From positions 1 to 31,746 of the forward strand of contig CAYPUM010000002.1 of NCBI GenBank assembly GCA_964413545.1: a stretch of DNA of 31,746 nt, in the 5' to 3' direction. This document shows positions 1 to 9,281 of this stretch, piece after piece. Under the pieces are notes generated by a model. The model was given only the letters and a program-made list of their open reading frames with translations, ran no database searches and had not been told where the DNA came from. Every line of letters starts with the position of its first letter. The first letter of the stretch is position 1. A program made the translations under genes and the position numbers. The DNA comes from an uncultured Roseibacillus sp. (GTDB lineage Bacteria > Verrucomicrobiota > Verrucomicrobiia > Verrucomicrobiales > Akkermansiaceae).

Positions 1-177
1 CAGTCGCCCTTGTCGGATTGCTGCTGATCGATGGTCCTGCCGCGGGTCGTTCCGAGCGGATCGGGCGCCGATGGGAAGGGAATCGATGAGAGTCAGAAAC
101 GAGGCAGGCGGCTACGGCGGGGAACGTAGGAGGAAAGCGCCGGGAGGGCGAGGCAAAAATTCGGAAACCGCGCGCGA

Positions 178-999
178 CTACTGACGGGGGTCGTCACCTT
201 CGCGCTGCGGGGGGACGGGCGGGGGTGCGGAGTCGTTGATGGTGTCGCGGGTTTGGGCGGTTCGTTCGGAGCCGGAGCTGACGGGTCCGAGGGGGGCGCC
301 GGGGCGGTCGTGGGTGAGGACGCCCTCGTTGATGAGGGATTCCTGGCGGTTGACGGTTTCGTCGATCCGGTCGAGGGCGGGGCCGGGGAGGGGTCCGAAG
401 AGGAGGGGATCGGCGAGGGCGGAGGTTTTGAGGAGGCGTTTGACGTCGATTTCGACGGGGGGCGGCATTTTGGCATCGTCGGCCTTGAGGAGGATCATTT
501 GGCCGGCGCGGACGTCTCGGCGGGCGGTGTGGCCGTCTTTCTCGATCCAGGTGGTGAGGGCGCCTTCGAGGACGATGATCTTGGCCCAGTGTTTCGAGAA
601 GTACTCCATCATGATGGTGGTTCCGGTGATGGCGGCGGTGATGGTGGCGGTTCGGATGCGTGCGCCGCCGGCATTTCGCGGGACCCGGAGGAGGATGGTG
701 CCTTGTTCGAGGCGGAGGTCGCGGGTTCCCTGGTGGAAGCTGAAGATGGAATTGGCGCCGAGGCGGGTGAGGGTGTCGTCGCGGAACCGCAGTTCGGCTC
801 GCGATCGGCGTCCGGTCTGCAGGGAGGTGCGGCCGCTCACGACGTCGCCGACGACGGCCGGTCTGACGGGCGAGGTGGTCTTGAAGATCCGGACCTCGTT
901 GATGACTTTGGTGACGCGCGCGCTCTGCAGGGGCGAGGCGGCGCATGGGTGGAGGGCCGCGAATCCCGCGACGACGAACGTGGTGACGGCGTGTTTCAT
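178..999 (-). CDS. Secreted FecR-domain protein
   Basis: N-terminal signal-like segment (MKHAVTTFVVAGFAALHPCAA); FecR-type pattern TGRRSRAELRFRDDTLTRLGANS...LEQGTILLRVP...IRTATITAAITGT...VLEG; Pro-rich low-complexity tail. Confidence 0.85.
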   Translation of the reverse strand: MKHAVTTFVVAGFAALHPCAASPLQSARVTKVINEVRIFKTTSPVRPAVVGDVVSGRTSLQTGRRSRAELRFRDDTLTRLGANSIFSFHQGTRDLRLEQGTILLRVPRNAGGARIRTATITAAITGTTIMMEYFSKHWAKIIVLEGALTTWIEKDGHTARRDVRAGQMILLKADDAKMPPPVEIDVKRLLKTSALADPLLFGPLPGPALDRIDETVNRQESLINEGVLTHDRPGAPLGPVSSGSERTAQTRDTINDSAPPPVPPQREGDDPRQ

Positions 1000-1051
1000 G
1001 GCGGATCAGCCTGTGAGTTTGACGTTTGGGTGCGGGGGGTATGCATGGGTG

Positions 1052-2008
1052 TCAGAACCGGCCGCGCAGGCCGAGGCCGAGCCCTGCCTGCCACGCGCTG
1101 TAATCCCGCAGGGCGTGGTTTGACTGGTTGTCGCCGAAGAGAAGGGAGGCATGGAGATCGGCCCAGGGGGTGAGGGAACAGGCCAGTTCGAGGCCGCCGT
1201 ACTGGTTCCAGTCCTGCCGCGAGGAGGCGAGATAGTCCCGGTAGGCGAGGCGGTAGCAGGCGGTGGCGCGGAGGCGGTGCGTGAGGCGGCGGGTGTAAGC
1301 GAGCCGGACGGCCAACTCGGTGCGCTTCCGCGCGTTTCCGGAGGCGTCGAAGTCCCAGGCGGCGCCGGCTGCCAAGGTCAGGATGTGATTTGGCCGCTGG
1401 ACGAGAGCCTTGAAGCCGCCGACGCGCAGGCGGTGATAGCGGTCGTCGGTGAAGGCGAACGGGCCGGCCGGGTTGAAGGCGGGGTTTTCGGCGTGCAGGT
1501 AGAGGAATTCGTAGCGTCCGTAGAGGGTCAGGTTGTCGAGTCCGGGGAGGTTGCGGATGAGTCCCGCGCCGAACTCGGTGGACTGGAAATCGAGTCCCTC
1601 GCGGTCGTAGAAGAAGGCGTCCTGATATGCGTAGGCGTCGAAGAACCAGTTTGATCCGAGGTACTGTTTCCAGCGGGCGCTGAGGCTTCCTCCCCAGAAC
1701 CAGCCTTCGAGTTCGTCGAAAGAGCGGGCGGAGACGTTGTCGGACCAGAAGAGGAAGGCGTCGGCCCGGGCCTCGACGGGAGCGCGTCCGGACTGCCTGC
1801 GGAGGATGACCTGTTCGCCGAGGTCGGCGTCCCCGGCGCTTGCCGGAGCGTAGGGATCACCCTCTTCGAGGTAGTAGTTCGTCTCGAGGAAATCGGGATC
1901 GTCGGTTGCCGCCCCTGCGCCGCTGAGGCGCTCCGAGGGGGCGGCCCCGCGGGCAAAGGCGAGAGCCGTCAAAAAGGTCGCGCCGAGCGCGAGGCGGAGA
2001 ATTATCAT
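1052..2008 (-). CDS. Predicted outer-membrane beta-barrel protein
   Basis: Start moved to ATG 2008 (MIILRLALGATFLTALAFA signal peptide); alternating aromatic/hydrophobic strands; C-terminal ...GLGLGLRGRF with terminal Phe typical of BAM substrates; co-oriented with FecR gene (52 bp gap). Confidence 0.75.
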   Translation of the reverse strand: MIILRLALGATFLTALAFARGAAPSERLSGAGAATDDPDFLETNYYLEEGDPYAPASAGDADLGEQVILRRQSGRAPVEARADAFLFWSDNVSARSFDELEGWFWGGSLSARWKQYLGSNWFFDAYAYQDAFFYDREGLDFQSTEFGAGLIRNLPGLDNLTLYGRYEFLYLHAENPAFNPAGPFAFTDDRYHRLRVGGFKALVQRPNHILTLAAGAAWDFDASGNARKRTELAVRLAYTRRLTHRLRATACYRLAYRDYLASSRQDWNQYGGLELACSLTPWADLHASLLFGDNQSNHALRDYSAWQAGLGLGLRGRF

Positions 2009-2019
2009 GGATGAACAGG

Positions 2020-2040
2020 GCAAAAGTTGTTAACCTTTGC
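2020..2040. promoter_or_regulatory. Imperfect inverted repeat GCAAAAGTTG-T-TAACCTTTGC in the divergent promoter gap
   Basis: 8/10 arm complementarity, in an AT-rich 58-bp gap between divergent genes in otherwise GC-rich DNA. Confidence 0.35.
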
Positions 2041-2066
2041 TGAATACTACCGTAGATTAAGGGGGC

Positions 2067-4205
2067 ATGGCAAGGCTGGCGATGAAAAGAATTCGCGGGA
2101 AATCGGCGCGGCGGGCGTTTGGGGGAGTGGGGGCGATGTTGTTTGGTTTGGGGGCGGCAGTGGCGTTGTGGGAGGGGTGGGTGCCGGTATTGAGCAATGC
2201 GGTATTGGAGACGGAGCGGGCGTGGATGGATCGGGTATCGGCGCTGATCGGGACCACGCCGGAGCGGGAGGATTTCGTATTTTTGGGGATTGACAGTGCC
2301 AGTCTGGAGCTGACGGCGGTTTCGGAGGATGAGATTTCGGGGTCGGAGGTTCTGCCGTTGATGCGGGAGAGGTGGCCGTGGGACCGGCGGGTTTGGGCGG
2401 CGGCGATTGAGCGGTTGGGGGAGGCGGGGGCGCGGATGATCGTGCTGGATCTTCTGGTTGGCGAACCGTCGGGGGATCCCGGGGCGGACGAGGCCATGGC
2501 GGAGGCGATCGCGAAGTATCGCGAGCGGGTGATTCTGGCGGCGGACTGGGGGCCGATGGGGATAGGTCTGAACGAGGAGGAGATCACGACGCTGGTTGAG
2601 CCGCTTCCGGAGTTCCTTGGGGGTCCGGGCGACGAGACGTCCTATGGATTCGTGAACTACTGGGCGGATCCGCGTGATGGGGTGGTGCGGGAGACGTATT
2701 ATCGGATATCGAAGAACGAGGTTCAGATGGAGCCGCGCTTGAAGCGCCACCCTGACGAGCAGGTTTACGAATCGATTGCGGCGGTGATGGGGCGGCGGCT
2801 GGGGGCGATTCCGGCCGACGGTCCGCACCGGCTGCGGTTTGCGGTGCATGGTCGTGATGGCCGGCGGCGGGTGGAGACGGTTTACGCGCCGATGAGCATC
2901 TACGAGGTGTTTGCGGAACGCTCGTGGGAATCGAAGTTCAAGGGGGGAGATTTTTTTCGCGACAAGGTGGTGTTGATCGGGCCGGCGGCGCCACGGTTTC
3001 ATGATCTTCATGCCACTCCGGCGGGCATGATCACGGGGGCGCAGTTGCACTTGCAGTCGCTGGGCTGTCTGTTGGCGGGACGGTTCCTGATGGAGGCCCC
3101 GGCCTACTGGCATTGGGCGGCCCTTGCCGGGATGGCGTTCTTGGGGGCGTTGTTGGTGAACTGGGTGCGGAACCCGCTGGCGGTGACGGCGGCGGCGGGG
3201 GGGTTGCTGGTGGCTTGGATGATCGGGGTTTTGATCATCGCGAACGAGACGTCGGTATTGTCTGGGGGCGTGGCGGGGGTGCTGGGTCTGGCGGGGGTGG
3301 TCACGACGGGGGAAGCCTACGAGTTTCTGCTGGAGCGGATGCAGAGGGTTCGGCTGCACACGCAATTGAGCCGCTCGGTGTCGCGGGACGTGGCGGATGC
3401 GATGGTGCGTTCTCCGGACGGTTATCTTGATGCGGCGCGAGGCGGTCGACGGCAGATCGTGGTCCTTTTTGCGGACGTCCGCAATTTCACGGAGCGTTCC
3501 GAGCGGGAGGAGCCCGAGGCCCTTGTGGAGCAGCTCAACGAGTATCTCAGCCACATGGTGGAGGTCGTTTTCCGGCATGGAGGGACGCTTGACAAATTCA
3601 TTGGGGACGCCCTGATGGTGAGTTGGGGAGGATTGGAGGATTTTCCGCCGCGGGTGATGGCGCGGGCGGCCATGGCGGCCGCCCGCGAGATGCGCAACGA
3701 ACTGGAACGCCTGAATGAGAGATGGCGGCAGGCGGGGGTCGAACCGTTCGAGGCGGGGATCGGGATCCATATTGGCGAGGCGGTGGTGGGGGAGATCGGA
3801 TCCCGGGAGCGCAGCGATTTCACGGCGGTCGGGGACGCGGTGAACCTTGCGTCGCGGATCGAGGGGATGACGAAGATTCTGGGGGTGCCGGTTCTGGTGA
3901 GCGGCGAGTTTGTGCGGGCGGTTGGGAATTGTGCGGAGCTGTGTCCGCTGGGGCGGTTTCGGGTGAAGGGCCGCCACGAGCCGGTGGAGATTGCGGGGGC
4001 CTTCATCGAGGACGCGGAGGCCTTCGGGGTTGCCCTGGCCCGGTTGGGCGAGGGGGACTTCGTGGCGGCGGAAGGGGTGCTGCTGGAGCTTTCCGGCAAG
4101 AGCGCGGTGGAAGGGCCGGCGCGCTTTTACCTCCAGCAGCTCGAGGTATGGAAATCCGTGACCCGCGAGGACTGGGACGGGGTGGTCACGCTGGACTCCA
4201 AGTGA
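2067..4205 (+). CDS. CHASE2-domain class III adenylate cyclase (membrane-bound)
   Basis: N-terminal TM; CHASE2 motifs (FVFLGIDSASL, WPWDRRVWAAAIERL..AGARMIVLDLL, DGVVR, FRDKVVLIG); three TM helices; cyclase motifs LFADVRNFT, LDKFIGDALM, GIGIHIGEAVVGEIG...DFTAVGDAVNLASRIEG (both Asp, Lys, Thr, Asn, Arg present). Confidence 0.93.
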   Translation: MARLAMKRIRGKSARRAFGGVGAMLFGLGAAVALWEGWVPVLSNAVLETERAWMDRVSALIGTTPEREDFVFLGIDSASLELTAVSEDEISGSEVLPLMRERWPWDRRVWAAAIERLGEAGARMIVLDLLVGEPSGDPGADEAMAEAIAKYRERVILAADWGPMGIGLNEEEITTLVEPLPEFLGGPGDETSYGFVNYWADPRDGVVRETYYRISKNEVQMEPRLKRHPDEQVYESIAAVMGRRLGAIPADGPHRLRFAVHGRDGRRRVETVYAPMSIYEVFAERSWESKFKGGDFFRDKVVLIGPAAPRFHDLHATPAGMITGAQLHLQSLGCLLAGRFLMEAPAYWHWAALAGMAFLGALLVNWVRNPLAVTAAAGGLLVAWMIGVLIIANETSVLSGGVAGVLGLAGVVTTGEAYEFLLERMQRVRLHTQLSRSVSRDVADAMVRSPDGYLDAARGGRRQIVVLFADVRNFTERSEREEPEALVEQLNEYLSHMVEVVFRHGGTLDKFIGDALMVSWGGLEDFPPRVMARAAMAAAREMRNELERLNERWRQAGVEPFEAGIGIHIGEAVVGEIGSRERSDFTAVGDAVNLASRIEGMTKILGVPVLVSGEFVRAVGNCAELCPLGRFRVKGRHEPVEIAGAFIEDAEAFGVALARLGEGDFVAAEGVLLELSGKSAVEGPARFYLQQLEVWKSVTREDWDGVVTLDSK

Positions 4206-4611
4206 TCCACTCCGGGGTTCCGAAGAGGATCAGAACGGCGTAAGCGAGTTTGCAGAGCCGGTGGAGGACTTGATCGGTGGCGAAACTCAGCCAACCTTCG
4301 CACTTTGCGAAATCGATGAGGGTGTGGAGGAGCAGCTCGGCCAGCGCGAGCACGACGAAGCCGGTGACCAGCCAAACCGCTCCGGCGTGGATGAGGGCAT
4401 GGCCCAGCAGGCAGTTCCACCAGAGTGCGCGGGGCGGACCGTCGGGAAAGAAATCGGAGAGATCGGCGCGCCGGCACTTGGCGCGGCTCAGGAACGCGCC
4501 CTGAAGGGCGAAATCGCCGAGGGCGTGCATGACGAGCAGGGCGAAGAAGACCGCGGCGGCTGCGGCGGGATTTCCGACGGCATGGGCGCCTATGCTGAAG
4601 GGGCCGAACAT
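4186..4611 (-). CDS. DUF3307-like membrane protein
   Basis: HALGDFALQ, HALIH, HTLIDFAKC, DQVLH motifs of the DUF3307 family; hydrophobic; 3' end overlaps the cyclase 3' end by 20 bp. Confidence 0.8.
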   Translation of the reverse strand: MFGPFSIGAHAVGNPAAAAAVFFALLVMHALGDFALQGAFLSRAKCRRADLSDFFPDGPPRALWWNCLLGHALIHAGAVWLVTGFVVLALAELLLHTLIDFAKCEGWLSFATDQVLHRLCKLAYAVLILFGTPEWITWSPA

Positions 4612-4615
4612 GCCG

Positions 4616-5101
4616 TTATCGGAAGTATTCCTGCAGAGCGCCTTGCAGTTCGGTGTTTGACAGTTTGTCGTTCATTCTGCGGAGGCGTCGCGCCATGTCG
4701 GAGAGGAGGCCGATGAGGAGGCGTCCGGCGGCCTCGGGATAGGCGGCGAGGAAAGCATCGAGGTCGTCCCGCCGCGTTTTCCAGATCTGGCTGAATTGTT
4801 TGGCCTGGACGGTGGCGCTGGCGGTGCCGGGGTCGAAGATGCTGACCTCGCCGATGGCCTCTCCGGGCTCGATCCGGGCGAGGAGGGCGGTTCTTTCGTC
4901 TTTTCGTGTGGTGACGTGCAGCAGCCCCGAGATCAGGAAGATCAGGGAGTTCTGGGGATCGCCCTCCTTGACGACGATGGCGCCTTCCGCAAGGGGAAGA
5001 AACTCTCCGTAGTTGCTGAGAAGACGCCGGTCGTCATCGTCGAGGTGCCGGACGATTCCGAGAGCCGGAAGCTCCGGCCGGTTGAATTCCGTGGAGTTCA
5101 T
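4616..5101 (-). CDS. Stand-alone cyclic-nucleotide-binding (CAP_ED-like) domain protein without HTH
   Basis: Start moved to ATG 5101; IVVKEGDPQNSLIFLISG...IEPGEAIGEVSIFDPGTASATV, then a C-helix (LLIGLLSDMARRLRRMN); no C-terminal DNA-binding domain. Confidence 0.85.
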   Translation of the reverse strand: MNSTEFNRPELPALGIVRHLDDDDRRLLSNYGEFLPLAEGAIVVKEGDPQNSLIFLISGLLHVTTRKDERTALLARIEPGEAIGEVSIFDPGTASATVQAKQFSQIWKTRRDDLDAFLAAYPEAAGRLLIGLLSDMARRLRRMNDKLSNTELQGALQEYFR

Positions 5102-5303
5102 GGCGCTGGTTGGCCCAGTCTCCCGCAGCGGGGAGGCGGAGGGAAGCCGAAAGCGCGGGAGAACGCGCTTCGCGGCGGGACGGTTGAGCGCATGGGGAGG
5201 GTGCGGCGCGACGAAGAGGTCGTGGAAAGCTGACGATTCCGTCATATTTCGGGCGTTTTAATTACTTGCCATTGCGATCTGAGCGATTACCTCCGGCGGC
5301 GCC

Positions 5304-5915
5304 ATGGCAGACGGTAAAGGGATCGAGTTTCCAAGAGACGGGTACGAGGGGCTGGTTTTTGATTTGGACGGGACGCTGGTGGACTCGATGCCGGTGCATT
5401 TCGCGGCGTGGTGTGAAGCGCTGGAGGAATACGGGGCGGCGGGGGTGTTTCAGGAGGACGTCTTCTACGCCATGGGCGGGCGCCCGACGCAGGACATCGT
5501 GGCGATCTTGAACGGAGAGTTCGGGCTGAGGCTCGACCCGGTGGCGGTCGCGATGAGGAAGCGGGACGCCTTCCTGCGCAACCTCTCGGAAGTCGAGCCG
5601 AATTCGGAGGTGGTGGACTTTGCGCGGCGCCAGCAGGGCCGGGTGCCGATGGCGATCGCGACCGGCGGGACCCGCCTCGTGGTGGGGCGCACGTTGCAGA
5701 TGCTGGAGATGAGCGACCTTTTCGAGGAAGTGGTGACCGCGGATGACGTGGCGCGGGGGAAACCGGCCCCCGACATTTATCTTGAAGCGGCCTCGCGTCT
5801 TGGGGTTCCTCCGGGGAAGTGTCTGGCGATTGAAGATGCGCCGTCCGGGATCGAGGCGGCGCGGGCGGCGGGGATGATGGTGGTGACGGTGCCGATGCCG
5901 ATGCGGGTGTTCTGA
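5304..5915 (+). CDS. HAD-family phosphatase (beta-PGM/YqaB-like)
   Basis: Motif I FDLDGTLVDS, motif II AIATGG, motif III GKPAPDIY, motif IV AIEDAPSGIEAA. Confidence 0.92.
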   Translation: MADGKGIEFPRDGYEGLVFDLDGTLVDSMPVHFAAWCEALEEYGAAGVFQEDVFYAMGGRPTQDIVAILNGEFGLRLDPVAVAMRKRDAFLRNLSEVEPNSEVVDFARRQQGRVPMAIATGGTRLVVGRTLQMLEMSDLFEEVVTADDVARGKPAPDIYLEAASRLGVPPGKCLAIEDAPSGIEAARAAGMMVVTVPMPMRVF

Positions 5916-5974
5916 TATTGCGGGCCGGCGCGGATTGGTCTTGCGCTTTGGGAGGGGTCCCCATTTACTCGCCC

Positions 5975-7432
5975 ATGGCGGAGTTCACGCTGGGGTTGTC
6001 GTTTGATGACATCCTGCTGGTTCCCGGGAAGAGCGGGGTTTTGCCGGCGGAGGTGGGGCTTGAAACGGTCCTCACAGGGGAGTTTCCCTTGAACATTCCG
6101 GTGGTGTCCGCCGCGATGGACACCGTTTCGGAATCGGAGTTGGCGATCTCCCTTGCGCGGGAGGGCGGCATGGGGGTCATTCATCGCGCCTGCTCGATCG
6201 AGGAGCAGGCGGCGATGGTGGCGCGGGTCAAGCGATCCGAGAGCGCCGTCATCCATGACCCGCTGACGGTTCGCAAGGAACAGACGGTGGCGGAGGTGCG
6301 GGCCATCATGCTCGAGCAGGGATTCTCCGGCTTCCCGGTGATCGACGAGGAGGGCGTTCTTCTCGGGATGGTGACCGGGCGGGATGTGCGGCACTATTGC
6401 GAGGACGACGCGCTGGTGGCGGATGTCATGACGCCGCGGGAGCGCTTGGTGACGGGTCCGCCGGACACCACCCTCGAAGACGCGCGAAGGTTCTTGTATG
6501 AGAACCGCATTGAAAAGCTCCCCTTGGTGGACGGGTCCGGCCGGCTCGCGGGGTTGATCACGGGCGCCGACATCGAGAAAAGGATCACCTACACGCAGGC
6601 TGCGAAGGATCCGAGCGGCAAGCTGCGTTGCGGCGCGGCGATCGGGGCCGGGGAGGATTGGCGGGAACGGGCTGCGGCGGTTCTCAATGCGGGGGCGGAT
6701 GCCCTCTTCATTGATGCCGCCACCGGCCACACGTCGCGCGTGATGGGGGTGCTTTCGGAGCTGGCGTCGATGACGCCGCGGCCGGTGATCGCCGGCAACA
6801 TTGTGACCCGCGAGGGGGCGCAGGACCTCGTGGCGGCGGGGGCGCAGGCCGTGAAGGTGGGCGTCGGACCGGGGTCGATCTGCACCACGCGGGTCATCGC
6901 GGGGGTGGGAATGCCGCAATTCACCGCCATCCGGAATGTGGCGGAGTGGTGCCGCGAGAACGGGGTGGGGGTGATTGCGGACGGCGGGATCCGCTACTCC
7001 GGCGATATCGTGAAGGCGCTGGCGGCGGGGGCGGACGTGGTCATGCTGGGCTCGCTGCTCGCGGGGACCCGGGAAAGCCCCGGCCAGACGGTGCATTTCC
7101 AGGGGAGGAGGTTCAAGACGTACCGCGGAATGGGTTCGTTGGGCGCCATGATGAGGGGGACCAGCGACCGCTACGGGCAGAGCGCCAGCGGGAAGCTGGT
7201 GGCGGAAGGCGTGGAAGGACGGGTCCCCTACAAGGGCCCCCTGGAAGACGTCATCTACCAGCTCATGGGCGGCCTGCGTTCCGGGATGGGCTATGTGGGC
7301 GCGGGGGATCTCGCGGAACTCCGGCGCCGGGCGGAGTTCATCCGCATCACCCCCGGGGGTCTCCGCGAAAGCCACGCCCACGATGTCGTCATCACGCAGG
7401 AACCCACCAATTACCAGCCGATTAGTAGTTAG
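5975..7432 (+). CDS. guaB: IMP dehydrogenase
   Basis: Start moved to ATG 5975; [22 protein letters not shown], tandem CBS domains, catalytic [30 protein letters not shown]. Confidence 0.98.
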   Translation: MAEFTLGLSFDDILLVPGKSGVLPAEVGLETVLTGEFPLNIPVVSAAMDTVSESELAISLAREGGMGVIHRACSIEEQAAMVARVKRSESAVIHDPLTVRKEQTVAEVRAIMLEQGFSGFPVIDEEGVLLGMVTGRDVRHYCEDDALVADVMTPRERLVTGPPDTTLEDARRFLYENRIEKLPLVDGSGRLAGLITGADIEKRITYTQAAKDPSGKLRCGAAIGAGEDWRERAAAVLNAGADALFIDAATGHTSRVMGVLSELASMTPRPVIAGNIVTREGAQDLVAAGAQAVKVGVGPGSICTTRVIAGVGMPQFTAIRNVAEWCRENGVGVIADGGIRYSGDIVKALAAGADVVMLGSLLAGTRESPGQTVHFQGRRFKTYRGMGSLGAMMRGTSDRYGQSASGKLVAEGVEGRVPYKGPLEDVIYQLMGGLRSGMGYVGAGDLAELRRRAEFIRITPGGLRESHAHDVVITQEPTNYQPISS

Positions 7433-7466
7433 CGGCGCTTTGGCGCCTGGATTTCTCCGAACAGCG

Positions 7467-8990
7467 ATGGAAGAACAAGGACATGTGGCGGTGGCGGACT
7501 TCGGTTCGCAGTATACGCAGTTGATCGTGCGCCGGGTGCGGGAGCTGGGATACTTCGCGAAGCTCTACACTCTGGATGAATTCGGCGCCATGGGGCGGCC
7601 GGGGGCGATCATCCTCTCGGGGGGGCCGAAGAGCACCGGCGATGCGGACGCCCCCGACATCGATTTCGCGCGCCTCATGGACTACGGGGCGCCGGTCCTC
7701 GGCTTGTGCTACGGCATGCAGCTGCTGAACAGGAAGTTCGGCGGCGAGGTGCAGGTTCGCCACCGGCGGGAATACGGGCCGGTGATCCTCAAGGTGGAGG
7801 AGCCCGACGGGTTGTTCGACGGGGTGTCGCACGAATCGCAGGTCTGGATGAGCCATTCCGACACCGTCAAGAGCCTTCCGGAAGGGGCGAAGGTGCTTGC
7901 GAGAAACCAGCACGGGACCCCGGTGAGCGTGCGCTGGGGGGAACGTTGTTTCGGGATTCAGTTCCACCCGGAGGTGTCGCACACCCATGAGGGGATGCGG
8001 ATTCTGCACAACTTCCTTCTGCACGCGGAGTCGCTGCGGGAGTTTCTGATTGATGATTTCAAGCGCGAGCTGATGGATGGCATCCGGGCCGCGGCCGGCG
8101 GACGGCAGGTGGTGTGCGGGGTGAGCGGCGGGGTGGACAGCACCGTTCTTGCGGTTCTCCTCCACGAGTCGGGCGTGAAGACGCGGGCCATTTTCGTCGA
8201 TCACGGTCTGCTGCGGAAGGACGAGGCGGAGGAGGTGCGCGGCAACTTCCACCGCCTCGGCATCGACATCGTGACGGTGGAGGCCTCCGAGCTGTTCCTC
8301 GGGCGGCTGGCGGGCGAGCCGGACCCGGAAAAGAAGCGCGAGATCATCGGGAACACCTTCATCGAGGTTTTCTGGGACGCGGCGGGGGACGCGGAAATCC
8401 TCGCGCAGGGCACCCTTTATCCGGACGTCATCGAGAGCGCCTCGAACCGCAGCTCGGCCGCCTCGAAGATCAAGACCCACCACAACCGGGTGCCGAAGAT
8501 CCTTGAACTCCAGGCCGCGGGGAAGGTCCTCGAGCCGCTCTCGGAACTCTTCAAGGACGAGGTGCGCGCCCTCGGGGTCTCCCTCGGCATCCCCCAGGAC
8601 ATCGTCCACCGGCACCCGTTCCCCGGCCCCGGGCTGGCGGTGCGCTGCCCGGGCGAGGTGACCCGCGAAAAACTCGAAATCGTGCGCGAGTGCGACGCCA
8701 TCTTCATCGGCCGCCTCAAGGACCACGGATGGTACGACAAGGTCTGGCAGGCCTACGCCGCCCTCATCCCGGTCAGAACGGTGGGCGTCAAGGGCGACGA
8801 GCGCTCCTACGAGTGGGCCGCCGGATTGCGCGCCGTCGTCAGCGAGGACGCCATGACCGCCGACTGGGTCGAACTGCCCTACGCCATCCTCCGCGAATCC
8901 AGCAACCGCATCCTCAACGACGTCCCCGGCGTCAACCGCGTTCTCTACGACGTCTCCACCAAACCCCCAGCCAGCATCGAGTGGGAGTAG
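7467..8990 (+). CDS. guaA: GMP synthase (glutamine-hydrolysing)
   Basis: Start moved to ATG 7467; DFGSQYTQLI, LCYGMQ, QFHPEV, SGGVDS, QGTLYPDVIES, HPFPGPGLA, VSTKPPASIEWE. Confidence 0.98.
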   Translation: MEEQGHVAVADFGSQYTQLIVRRVRELGYFAKLYTLDEFGAMGRPGAIILSGGPKSTGDADAPDIDFARLMDYGAPVLGLCYGMQLLNRKFGGEVQVRHRREYGPVILKVEEPDGLFDGVSHESQVWMSHSDTVKSLPEGAKVLARNQHGTPVSVRWGERCFGIQFHPEVSHTHEGMRILHNFLLHAESLREFLIDDFKRELMDGIRAAAGGRQVVCGVSGGVDSTVLAVLLHESGVKTRAIFVDHGLLRKDEAEEVRGNFHRLGIDIVTVEASELFLGRLAGEPDPEKKREIIGNTFIEVFWDAAGDAEILAQGTLYPDVIESASNRSSAASKIKTHHNRVPKILELQAAGKVLEPLSELFKDEVRALGVSLGIPQDIVHRHPFPGPGLAVRCPGEVTREKLEIVRECDAIFIGRLKDHGWYDKVWQAYAALIPVRTVGVKGDERSYEWAAGLRAVVSEDAMTADWVELPYAILRESSNRILNDVPGVNRVLYDVSTKPPASIEWE

Positions 8991-9001
8991 AATCAGGGTA
9001 G

Positions 9002-9029
9002 TTGACAATTGGCGATAATGGTCTACCGT
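9002..9029 (+). promoter_or_regulatory. Putative sigma70 promoter of the TA operon
   Basis: TTGACA (9002-9007), 16-bp spacer, TACCGT (9024-9029); flanked by short inverted repeat GGTAG (8997-9001) / CTACC (9023-9027). Confidence 0.5.
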
Positions 9030-9038
9030 AGTCAGGCG

Positions 9039-9281
9039 ATGAAGGAGACCCTCTCGATCAAGGTTCCGGTGGAGACCAAGATCCGGCTGCGGGCGGTGGC
9101 GCGGGCGCGGCGGACGACGCCGTCGGTCCTCATGCGGGAGGCGCTGGAGCACGTTCTGGAGGGCAGGAAGGCCAAGCCCTCGTTGTATGAAGCCAATCGT
9201 GACTTGTTCGAGAAGCTCGGGCCTGGCGGACCGGAGGACCTCTCGACAAATCCTGCGCACATGGAGGGGCTTGGGCGCTGA
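9039..9281 (+). CDS. Ribbon-helix-helix (CopG-like) antitoxin
   Basis: Start moved to ATG 9039; MKETLSIKVPVETKIRLRAVARARRTTPSVLMREALEHVL is a beta-helix-helix pattern; tail GPEDLSTNPAHMEGLG; stop overlaps toxin start (TGATG). Confidence 0.85.
   Translation: MKETLSIKVPVETKIRLRAVARARRTTPSVLMREALEHVLEGRKAKPSLYEANRDLFEKLGPGGPEDLSTNPAHMEGLGR

Noticed and set aside
1-177. Possible gene continuing off the left edge
   Set aside because: No recognisable motif or convincing start in any frame
2047-2055. CTACCGTAG occurs upstream of both the cyclase (2047-2055) and the antitoxin (9023-9031)
   Set aside because: Only 9 bp, unrelated genes; more simply a TACCGT -10-like hexamer or chance
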